DNA of 32,000 bases from Neisseria lactamica NS19 (lineage in GTDB: Bacteria; Pseudomonadota; Gammaproteobacteria; Burkholderiales; Neisseriaceae): assembly GCF_000193795.1 (NCBI RefSeq), contig NZ_AEPI01000123.1; one strand, written 5' to 3'. Below, one piece after another: positions 20,980 to 28,156 of the stretch (positions are counted from its first letter, which is position 1; each line of letters opens with the position of its first letter). The position numbers and the translations under genes were made by a program. The notes beneath the pieces were generated by a model. It was not told the DNA's origin. It made no database searches and saw only the letters and a list, made by a program, of their open reading frames with translations.

Positions 20980-21008
20980 CTATATGTGCATAATTGTGGA
21001 TAACTCAA
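20980..21008 (-). promoter_or_regulatory. Possible sigma-32 type heat-shock promoter of clpB
   Basis: Minus strand reads CTTGA-N16-CACATATA about 35-60 nt upstream of the clpB ATG, resembling the CTTGAAA / CCCCATNT consensus; weak match. Confidence 0.3.
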
Positions 21009-21202
21009 GTGTCAGATTTTAACTTTTTAGGTTTAATTGATTATCTTATTGAATATTATTGAAATAAATTTTTTGATTTATGTGTATAACTTAATCTCTC
21101 CAATGGGGAAGCGTCCGATGCCGTCTGAACAAATATTGTGAATCGGGTATAATCGGCGCATCTTTTCCCTTTCAGACGGCATTGATGCCGTAAGGATATT
21201 TT

Positions 21203-22213
21203 ATGAGCAAAAAACGAGTTCTGACCGGCGTAACCACCACCGGCATCCCGCATCTGGGCAACTACGTCGGCGCCATCCGCCCCGCCGTCCGCGCGGCGCA
21301 AAACCCCGATACCGAATCCTTCCTCTTCCTTGCCGATTACCACGGCATCATCAAATGCCACGAGCCGGAGATGATTCACCAATCCACCCGGGCCGTTGCC
21401 GCCACTTGGCTTGCCTGCGGACTCGACCCCGAGCGCACCACCTTTTACCGCCAAAGCGACATTCCCGAAGTGATGGAATTGAACTGGATTCTGACCTGCA
21501 TCACCGCCAAGGGTTTGATGAACCGCGCCCACGCCTACAAAGCCGCCGTGCAGGCAAATGTCGAAAACAATCAGGAAGATCCTGATTTCGGCGTGGAAAT
21601 GGGTTTGTTCAGTTATCCCATCCTGATGACTGCCGATATTTTGATGTTCAACGCCAACGAAGTCCCCGTCGGACGCGACCAAATCCAACACGTCGAAATG
21701 GCGCGCGACATCGCCGGCCGCTTCAACCACCGCTTCCAAGAACTCTTCACCCTGCCCGAAGTGAAAATCGACGAAAACGTCGAACTCTTGGTCGGCTTGG
21801 ACGGACGCAAAATGTCCAAATCCTACGGCAACACCATTCCGCTTTGGGAAAACGACAAGAAAACCCAAAAATCGGTTAACAAAATCATCACCAATATGAA
21901 AGAACCCGGCGAGCCGAAACAGCCTGATGAAAGTCCTCTGTTTGAAATCTACAAAGCCTTCTCCACGCCGTCTGAAACCGCAGCATTCACACAAATGCTT
22001 GCCGACGGCCTGGCGTGGGGCGAAGCCAAAAAACTTTTGGCGGCGAAAATCAACGCCGAGCTGGCAGAACCGCGCGAACGCTACAACGAGCTGACCGCCG
22101 ACCCTTCGCAAATCGAAGACATCTTACAGGCAGGCGCGGCGAAAGCGCGCAAAGAAGCGCGCGAATTATTGGACAAAGTACGCGATGCGGTCGGTATCCG
22201 CCCGTTGAAATAA
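21203..22213 (+). CDS. trpS: Tryptophan--tRNA ligase
   Basis: Class I signatures GIPHLGNY (HIGH) and KMSKS; 336 aa. Confidence 0.95.
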   Translation: MSKKRVLTGVTTTGIPHLGNYVGAIRPAVRAAQNPDTESFLFLADYHGIIKCHEPEMIHQSTRAVAATWLACGLDPERTTFYRQSDIPEVMELNWILTCITAKGLMNRAHAYKAAVQANVENNQEDPDFGVEMGLFSYPILMTADILMFNANEVPVGRDQIQHVEMARDIAGRFNHRFQELFTLPEVKIDENVELLVGLDGRKMSKSYGNTIPLWENDKKTQKSVNKIITNMKEPGEPKQPDESPLFEIYKAFSTPSETAAFTQMLADGLAWGEAKKLLAAKINAELAEPRERYNELTADPSQIEDILQAGAAKARKEARELLDKVRDAVGIRPLK

Positions 22214-22218
22214 ACCCA

Positions 22219-22261
22219 ATGCCGTCTGAACTTCCGCCTGTCGCGTTTCAGACGGCATTTT
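22219..22261 (+). terminator. Inverted DUS pair terminator after trpS (22221-22230 / 22247-22256)
   Basis: atgccgtctgaacttccgcctgtcgcgtttcagacggcatttt. Confidence 0.75.
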
Positions 22262-22281
22262 GAAACCATCAGGAGTGTGGA

Positions 22282-22827
22282 ATGCTGAAAACATCTTTTG
22301 CCGTGCTAAGCGGCTGCCTGCTGCTTGCAGCCTGCGGCAAATCCGAAAATACGGCGGAACAGCCGCAAAATGCAGTGCAGGGTGCACCGAAACCGGTTTT
22401 CAAAGTCAAATATATCGACAATACGGCGATTGCCGGTTTGGATTTGGGACAAAGCCGCGAAGGCAAAACCAACGACGGCAAAAAACAAATCAGCTATCCG
22501 ATTAACGGCTTGCCGGAACAAAACGTTATCCGGCTGATCGGCAAGCATCCCGGCGACTTGGAAGCCGTCAGCGGCAAATGTATGGAAACCGGCGGCAAAG
22601 GCGCGCCTTCGGGCTGGGCGGAAAACGGCGTGTGCCATACCTTGTTTGCCAAACTGGTAGGCAATATCGCCGAAGACGGCGGCAAACTGACGGATTACCT
22701 GATTTCGCATTCCGCCCTGCAACCCTATCAGGCGGGCAAAAGCGGCTATGCCGCCGTGCAGAACGGACGCTATGTGTTGGAAATCGACAGCGAGGGGGTG
22801 TTTTATTTCCGCCGCCGCCATTATTGA
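22282..22827 (+). CDS. Hypothetical lipoprotein (181 aa)
   Basis: Signal peptide MLKTSFAVLSGCLLLAAC with lipobox; no family recognised. Confidence 0.7.
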   Translation: MLKTSFAVLSGCLLLAACGKSENTAEQPQNAVQGAPKPVFKVKYIDNTAIAGLDLGQSREGKTNDGKKQISYPINGLPEQNVIRLIGKHPGDLEAVSGKCMETGGKGAPSGWAENGVCHTLFAKLVGNIAEDGGKLTDYLISHSALQPYQAGKSGYAAVQNGRYVLEIDSEGVFYFRRRHY

Positions 22828-22846
22828 GGTATTCAAAAATTCCATA

Positions 22847-23220
22847 ATGCATTTGAGTTTTCCAAGCCCTTTCAGGAAGGTGGCAGCAACAAGTTTTTTG
22901 TCCTGATGGCGGCTGCCTTGGCGGCTTGTTCCCAAGAGGCCAAACAAGAGACTAAGGAAGCGGCCCAAGCCGTCGGATCCGATGTTATAGTGGATTAACA
23001 AAAACCGGTACGGCGTTGGCTCGCCTTAGCTCAAAGAGAACGATTCTCTAAGGTGCTGAAGCACCAAGTGAATCGGTTCCGTACTATCTGTACTGTCTGC
23101 GGCTTCGTCGCCTTGTCCTGATTTTTGTTAATCCACTATAAAGACACTGCGGCTTCTGCCGCCGAAGAAGCGAAAGACCAAGCCAAAGATGCTGCGGCTG
23201 ATGCAAAGGCAAGTGCCGAG
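22847..23220 (+). pseudogene. Disrupted small Ala/Lys/Glu-rich surface lipoprotein gene (resembles meningococcal Ag473/NMB1468 from memory)
   Basis: Frame ...LMAAALAACSQEAKQETKEAAQAVGSDV is interrupted by the Correia element. It resumes in frame as KDTAASAAEEAKDQAKDAAADAKASAE and is then cut at 23220/23221 by unrelated prophage-end sequence. Confidence 0.6.
22986..23140. repeat. Correia repeat-enclosed element, full-length (155 bp) form, inserted in the lipoprotein gene at a TA
   Basis: TATAGTGGATTAACAAAAACCGGTACGGCGTTGG...GTCCTGATTTTTGTTAATCCACTATA. Removing the element and one TA restores gat gtt aaa gac act (D V K D T) in frame. Confidence 0.92.
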
Positions 23221-23262
23221 TGTGGGGGACTGTTAGTTTTTGCACAAGGTACAAATAGAAGT

Positions 23263-23309
23263 AAAAAAACGCTGAAATCTCGGAAAGAAGTGGATTTCAG
23301 CGTTTTTTT
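23263..23309. repeat. Perfect 17-bp inverted repeat AAAAAAACGCTGAAATC-N13-GATTTCAGCGTTTTTTT near the prophage left end (bidirectional terminator and/or paired transposase-binding sites)
   Basis: Read directly; the half-sites contain TGAAAT/ATTTCA, reminiscent of the TGAAAC core of MuA end-binding sites. Confidence 0.5.
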
Positions 23310-23340
23310 GTATCCGGAAAAGTTACGCTAGCTTTTTCAC

Positions 23341-23368
23341 AAAACCGCGCCGGAATGCGCGGTTTTTT
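23341..23368. terminator. Bidirectional hairpin AAAACCGCGC-cggaat-GCGCGGTTTTTT downstream of the minus-strand repressor genes
   Basis: Read directly. Confidence 0.6.
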
Positions 23369-23424
23369 GTTTGAAGCTGACGAGATTAGGGAATTTTTAA
23401 AACTATTTTAAGAGGGTTTTAAAA

Positions 23425-23829
23425 TCAGTTTACGGTACGGCCGAACCATTCTACCCGGCCGATGATGGCTATATCGGTGTTGTCGGCTGTGAGGTCGATT
23501 TCAAAAGGCTCGTAGAGTGGATTGGCGGATTTAACCAAGAGCCGGCCGGGCAGGCGTTGGATGTTTTTGACGAACAGGTCGTTTCCTATGCGTAGGACGT
23601 ACAGGCCGTCGCGCGGCTCAGTTTCGGCGTGGTTGATTAGGATGTTGTCACCGTGGTTGAGGATGCCTTCCATTGAATCGCCTTTGACGGCGATTACGGA
23701 GAGCTTGTCTGTTTGGCGGGTGACGTAGTTTTCTATCCAGTATCGGCGGAAAACCAAGCAGAACAAAGGTTCTTCGCCGAAGACCGGTGCGCCATACCCT
23801 GCTACTGCGGCTACGTTGTAGCTCGGCAC
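23425..23829 (-). CDS. S24 (LexA/CI-type) peptidase domain without a DNA-binding domain; probable 3' remnant of a COG2932-type phage repressor
   Basis: VPSYNVAAVAGYG (Ala-Gly cleavage region), catalytic Ser in KGDSMEG, Lys in LFVKNIQRL and the IIGRVEW tail. Only a GTG start with no SD; in-frame TAG 11 codons upstream. Confidence 0.6.
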   Translation of the reverse strand: MPSYNVAAVAGYGAPVFGEEPLFCLVFRRYWIENYVTRQTDKLSVIAVKGDSMEGILNHGDNILINHAETEPRDGLYVLRIGNDLFVKNIQRLPGRLLVKSANPLYEPFEIDLTADNTDIAIIGRVEWFGRTVN

Positions 23830-23886
23830 GAATACAAACTCTGACAGGTTGACGGGAGCCTATGGTGTCGTACTAGTCTATTGAAA

Positions 23887-24240
23887 TTATTCTAGAAATT
23901 TAATAATGCACTGAATGCTTGAACCAGGAGCATAACCTTTGTTACAACCTTTCGCAACATAATCTATGGCGGCCTTACCTATTAGGTCAGCTTCTCTGTA
24001 TTTTTCTATTAACTGTATTTCTTCTTTATCAAGAAATTCTGCTTTAAAAACATAATTCATATCTGCACCTAATTCAGCAAATAAAAATAATGTCTTAGCT
24101 TCTGGAGCTTCTTCACCTTTTTCAAAACGAGTCCATTTTGCAGCAGTTACTTCGCAGGCTTTTGCGACCTCACGTACTGACAATTTTAAACGTTTTCTCT
24201 CAGCTTGAAGACGATTTGAGAACCAAGAAACAATTTCCAT
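23887..24240 (-). CDS. XRE/Cro-CI-type HTH regulator (117 aa from ATG 24240), AT-rich
   Basis: MEIVSWFSNRLQAERKRLKLSVREVAKACEVTAAKWTRFEKGEEAP...; strong AAGGAAG SD before ATG 24240; paralogous to the next gene. Confidence 0.7.
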   Translation of the reverse strand: MEIVSWFSNRLQAERKRLKLSVREVAKACEVTAAKWTRFEKGEEAPEAKTLFLFAELGADMNYVFKAEFLDKEEIQLIEKYREADLIGKAAIDYVAKGCNKGYAPGSSIQCIIKFLE

Positions 24241-24260
24241 TCTTCTTCCTTCTAGATATT

Positions 24261-24392
24261 TAAGCAACTAACTAAGCAACAAAATTTTTTCGGTTGCTTA
24301 GTTAAAATTATTTAATATCATATAGATATATAAATATGATTTTTGAATAAAATTGTAACTAAGCAACCAATTTTTTAAAAATAGTTGCTTAG
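24261..24392. promoter_or_regulatory. Operator-like array: five copies of TAAGCAAC/GTTGCTTA arranged as two inverted-repeat pairs plus one extra half-site
   Basis: Half-sites at 24261-68(+), 24273-80(+), 24293-300(-), 24360-67(+) and 24384-91(-). IR1 is 12 bp perfect (24269-24280 / 24293-24304). Confidence 0.5.
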
Positions 24393-24401
24393 CCCTACCC
24401 T

Positions 24402-24761
24402 TCAGGCTACTTCACCAACCGTAATACCGACTTCTTTTTTCTCCTGTGTTTTGGCGATAGTCAAAATAATCTCACGACTTTTATTTGTTGATTGTCGATA
24501 GTTTTGAAGCAGTTCTAATTCATCTTTGCTGAGTTCGTTTGAATTTTCAGACGGCCTATTTCCTGTGAAAAGGAAATTTACATCTGCACCTAATGCACAA
24601 AAAGAGAAAATAATTTCACAGTTTGGTAGAAATTGACCACGCTCATATTTTCCCCACATCTCACGTGTAATGCCGCATTTCTCAGCAAGTTGAGACTGAG
24701 TCAAACCTAACTTTTTTCTTTCTACTTTCAATCGATTAGCAAAAAGAGAAATATTTTCCAC
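24402..24761 (-). CDS. XRE/Cro-CI-type HTH regulator, AT-rich (119 aa from GTG 24761; ATG 24797 is the alternative start)
   Basis: VENISLFANRLKVERKKLGLTQSQLAEKCGITREMWGKYERGQFLP... aligns residue-for-residue with the N-terminus of the 23887-24240 product; AAGGA lies 9 nt before the GTG. Confidence 0.7.
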   Translation of the reverse strand: MENISLFANRLKVERKKLGLTQSQLAEKCGITREMWGKYERGQFLPNCEIIFSFCALGADVNFLFTGNRPSENSNELSKDELELLQNYRQSTNKSREIILTIAKTQEKKEVGITVGEVA

Positions 24762-24867
24762 AAAATAATCCTTGCAAAAGAGAAATATTTTTCTCATAAT
24801 TCAAAAAAGAGAACAGCACTAGTGCTTATTTAGTTATGTATTCTAACACAGTCAGAAAGGACTATCT

Positions 24868-25044
24868 ATGTTGATAACTGTCGAGAAATTAAAAGAAAAT
24901 TTTGAAAAAGAAGGCAAGACTCTGGCTTCTTGGGCGCGTGAAAACGGCTATCAGCCACGCGAAGTTTACTTAGTTGTCGGCGGGCAGAATAAGGCTAAAT
25001 ACGGCAAGGGTTTTGAAATTGCGAGAAAACTTGGGCTGAAGTGA
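24868..25044 (+). CDS. Ner/Nlp-like small DNA-binding protein (58 aa; below the ORF-track cutoff)
   Basis: MLITVEKLKENFEKEGKTLASWARENGYQPREVYLVVGGQNKAKYGKGFEIARKLGLK. AAAGGA SD. Divergent from the repressor genes and immediately upstream of the transposase, as ner is in Mu. Confidence 0.6.
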   Translation: MLITVEKLKENFEKEGKTLASWARENGYQPREVYLVVGGQNKAKYGKGFEIARKLGLK

Positions 25045-25051
25045 GGTTGAT

Positions 25052-27037
25052 ATGAATGAAATATCTAGCCGAGAGTTATCTGAAATATTAAATAAATCAA
25101 GGCAAGCATTAGACAAAAAAGCTTTAAAAGAAAACTGGCTTTATAAATTTTCAGACGGCCAAGGCAAAGGCGGGAAAGTCAAGCAATACTTAATCGCTTC
25201 CCTCCCTGCCAAAATCCGGGCAGCCATTATGAAACGGCAGTCGGACGAGTTGGCGGAGAAGATGCCGAAAACCCTGCCCCAAGTCAGACCGGGGACGGCG
25301 ATGTCGGCTCAGGCACTGGCTGAAGCGGCCAAGCTGTTGAACGAGAAACAACGGTCGGTGGCGGATGCGCGATGTGCGGTGGTGGCGGCGGTGTTGGGGA
25401 TTAAATATCAATACGGTTGCTCTGCGAAGGCTGCGGTGGCTCAGTTTTTGGGCTTGCTGGCAGAAGGCAAATTGGACGCGGTTACGCTCGGTAACTTGGA
25501 AAAGGCCAATGACCGCAGCCGGTCGGCGAAGGTTGGCGAACGTACTTTAGACGGCTGGATATCTGCCTACCTTAAGGCGGAAAACGCGACGGAGCGGTTG
25601 GTGGCTTTGGCTCCGAAGACGACGAAGGCGGTCAAGCCGATTGAGAGCTACGGTTGGTTGCCGATGTTTATGCAGTTTCACAACATCCCTTCAGCTCCGA
25701 AGCTGGCGCACAGCTACCGCCGGTTTGTGCAGTGGGCGGAAGCGGAAAATATGCCGGTCAATGATGTGCCTAATTTGAGTATGGTGCGGCGCGTTTGGGA
25801 CAAGCTGCCGATGATTATGCAGGAGCGTGGCAGGAAAACGGGGGCGGCTTATAAATCGCTGCTGCCTTATGTGAAACGTGATTGGGGGGCTTTGAAGCCG
25901 AACGATGTTTGGATCGGCGACGGCCACAGCTTTAAGGCGAAGGTGGCTCATCCGGTACACGGCAGGCCGTTTAAGCCTGAGGTGACGGTGATTATTGATG
26001 GTTGTACGCGGTTTGTGGTCGGGTTTTCGGTCTCTCTTGCTGAAAGTTGTGTGGCGGTATCGGATGCTCTGCGTATCGGGGTCAAGCACTTTGGTTTGCC
26101 GATTATTTATTACTCGGATAACGGCGGCGGCCAAACCGGCAAGACGATAGACCATGAAATCACGGGTATTACGTCCCGACTGGGTATCCGGCATGAAACG
26201 GGTATCGCGGGCAATCCGCAAGGGCGCGGCATCATCGAACGATGGTGGAAAGACAATCTGATTGAGATGGCGCGGCAGTATGAGACGTTTGCGGGCGCGG
26301 GGATGGACAGCAGTACGAAGAACCTGATGTACCGCAAGATGGAAAGTGCTTTTAATGCTTTGGAAAAAGGCAAGGATTTGACGGAGGAACAACAGAAATA
26401 TTTGAAAAAACTGCCGAGCTGGTCGCGTTTTATCGCGGATGTGGCCAAGTGTATCGACGAATACAACAACCGCCCGCACGGCGAGCTGCCCCGACATCCG
26501 GACGGCGGGCATTATTCGCCGAAGGCTTATCGGGAAATGAGGCTGGAACAGGACGGTATCGCGCCGGATATGTTGTCGGCGGAAGAGCTGGCGACGATGT
26601 TTATGCCGCAAGAGGTGCGAAAGGTACAGCGCGGTTGGCTGGATTTGTTCAACAACTCTTATTTCTCAACCGAGCTGGCGGAGTATCACAAGGACGAGGT
26701 ACGGGTCAGCTACGATTTGAGCGATGCGTCGACGGTCAATGTGTTTGATATGGACGGCAAGTTTATCACTAAGGCGCAGGCCAACGGCAATACCCGCGAG
26801 GCTTTCCCGACGGCGCGTATCGACCAACTGGCGGAAAAACGCCGAAAAGGCAAAATCAAGCGGGCGGAAAATGCAATCAAGCTTGCAAACGCGGAAGTCA
26901 ATCCGGCACTGGAACAGGCTGCGGTTTGGGACGAGCTGGGACATTTGGGCGGAAACGTCATCGAGGCGAAGTATGCGGTATTGCCGAAAACGGGCACAGA
27001 CGACGGGATTTTCTTGTTTGAGGCGGATAGAAGTTAG
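25052..27037 (+). CDS. Mu-type DDE transposase (MuA-like)
   Basis: 661 aa. N-terminal Mu-type DNA-binding region; DDE triad candidates in VWIGDGHSF, YYSDNGGGQ and GRGIIERWW. Confidence 0.9.
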   Translation: MNEISSRELSEILNKSRQALDKKALKENWLYKFSDGQGKGGKVKQYLIASLPAKIRAAIMKRQSDELAEKMPKTLPQVRPGTAMSAQALAEAAKLLNEKQRSVADARCAVVAAVLGIKYQYGCSAKAAVAQFLGLLAEGKLDAVTLGNLEKANDRSRSAKVGERTLDGWISAYLKAENATERLVALAPKTTKAVKPIESYGWLPMFMQFHNIPSAPKLAHSYRRFVQWAEAENMPVNDVPNLSMVRRVWDKLPMIMQERGRKTGAAYKSLLPYVKRDWGALKPNDVWIGDGHSFKAKVAHPVHGRPFKPEVTVIIDGCTRFVVGFSVSLAESCVAVSDALRIGVKHFGLPIIYYSDNGGGQTGKTIDHEITGITSRLGIRHETGIAGNPQGRGIIERWWKDNLIEMARQYETFAGAGMDSSTKNLMYRKMESAFNALEKGKDLTEEQQKYLKKLPSWSRFIADVAKCIDEYNNRPHGELPRHPDGGHYSPKAYREMRLEQDGIAPDMLSAEELATMFMPQEVRKVQRGWLDLFNNSYFSTELAEYHKDEVRVSYDLSDASTVNVFDMDGKFITKAQANGNTREAFPTARIDQLAEKRRKGKIKRAENAIKLANAEVNPALEQAAVWDELGHLGGNVIEAKYAVLPKTGTDDGIFLFEADRS

Positions 27038-27072
27038 AACGGTTTTAAACCTCTTTTAAAAGGACTAAAAAA

Positions 27073-27987
27073 ATGAAACAAATTAATCAAGCATTGCAAC
27101 AAAAACTGGCTGAATTTAAAGAAAAATCGGGTATGAGCCAAACCCAGCTGGCACGCGGTATCGATACTTCGCCGGCATCCGTCAGTATGTACCTGAACGG
27201 TACTTATGCGGCAAAAGGCGGTAATTATGAAACCATCGAGCCGAAAATCGAAGCGTTTTTGGAGATGCAGGAAAGCAAAGCGCGACGCGAAGAGCCGGTG
27301 TTTGGTTTTGTATCGACTAAGACGACACGCCGCATTGCGGAAGTGATGCGCGATGCGCACGAAGGCGGCGAAATAGTGGTGATCTACGGTCAGGCGGGAT
27401 TGGGCAAGACTCAGGCGGTCAAAAACTACTGCGAGAAAAACCCTGCGGCCATCTTGATTGAGGCTAATCCGAGCTTTACGGCACTTGTGCTGATGCGCAA
27501 GTTGGCGACTGCGGCGAAGGTATCGGCGATGGGCAGCCTGAATGATTTGTTTGAGTCTGTATCTGACCGCCTGCGCGATTCGGGCCGTCTGATTGTGGTC
27601 GATGAAGCGGAAAACCTGCCTTTACGCGCCCTTGAGATTATCCGCCGATTGCACGACAACACGGGCTGCGGCTTGGTGTTGAGCGGTATGCCGCGACTGG
27701 TGGCGAACCTGCGCGGTAAGCACGGCGAGCTGGTACAGCTTCACAGTCGTGTGGCGGGTGCGCTGCCTTTGGGCGATACGATGCCCGACGCGGAGTTGGA
27801 ACAGATTGCGCGGGCAACACTACCCGAAGCCGATGATGAAACGATTGCGGAGCTGGTCAAACAAAGCAACGGCAATACGCGCCGGATGAGCAAATTGATG
27901 CGCGGCGCGGTACGCACGGCAAACAAGAACGGTATCAAGGTGCAGGCCGGTATCGTTAAGAAATACAGCTCCCTGATTATCCGATAA
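27073..27987 (+). CDS. Mu-type transposition ATPase (MuB-like, AAA+ with N-terminal HTH)
   Basis: N-terminal HTH (GMSQTQLARGIDTSPASVSMYLNG), Walker A GQAGLGKT, Walker B LIVVDEAENL. Confidence 0.9.
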   Translation: MKQINQALQQKLAEFKEKSGMSQTQLARGIDTSPASVSMYLNGTYAAKGGNYETIEPKIEAFLEMQESKARREEPVFGFVSTKTTRRIAEVMRDAHEGGEIVVIYGQAGLGKTQAVKNYCEKNPAAILIEANPSFTALVLMRKLATAAKVSAMGSLNDLFESVSDRLRDSGRLIVVDEAENLPLRALEIIRRLHDNTGCGLVLSGMPRLVANLRGKHGELVQLHSRVAGALPLGDTMPDAELEQIARATLPEADDETIAELVKQSNGNTRRMSKLMRGAVRTANKNGIKVQAGIVKKYSSLIIR

Positions 27988-27999
27988 GAAAGATAGTGT
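27985..27999. other. Proposed recombination junction: + strand TAAGAA-AG-ATAGTGT (minus strand ACACTAT-CT-TTCTTA), Mu-like flank / core / filamentous-prophage end
   Basis: Both halves are exactly matched by loop sequences of the structured leader at 29102-29312 (see findings). TAA 27985-27987 is the MuB-like stop codon. Confidence 0.55.
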
Positions 28000-28156
28000 A
28001 TTTCACGGTCAAATAACTTTACATTTCTTGACCTTGCAAGAATACACACCCCGACTTGTTCGGGATGTTTGTTCCGTTTTGAATGGATTTGATGTTTTAA
28101 TTTATGTTTTATTTTCAATAAATTGAAAATTTACTAGGCTTTTGGCCGCGTTAAAT

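Larger units (their letters stand above)
23221..27992 (+). mobile_element. Mu-like transposable prophage, left end and early region (repressor side, ner-like, A, B)
   Basis: Gene order and orientation are as in Mu (leftward repressor genes, rightward ner-A-B). It begins with TG at the break in the lipoprotein frame. The right limit here is only the point where a second element is inserted. Confidence 0.8.

Noticed and set aside
21056-22111. 351-aa minus-strand ORF
   Set aside because: It is antisense to trpS.
22306-23001. 231-aa minus-strand ORF
   Set aside because: It is antisense to the 22282-22827 lipoprotein gene and runs into the Correia element.
23125-23331. 68-aa + strand [18 protein letters not shown]...
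   Set aside because: It is a chimera that starts inside the Correia terminal repeat, reads through the lipoprotein gene fragment and ends in prophage-end DNA. It is treated as part of the pseudogene.
25691-26611. 306-aa minus-strand ORF and neighbours inside the MuA-like gene
   Set aside because: They are antisense or alternate-frame shadows of the transposase gene.
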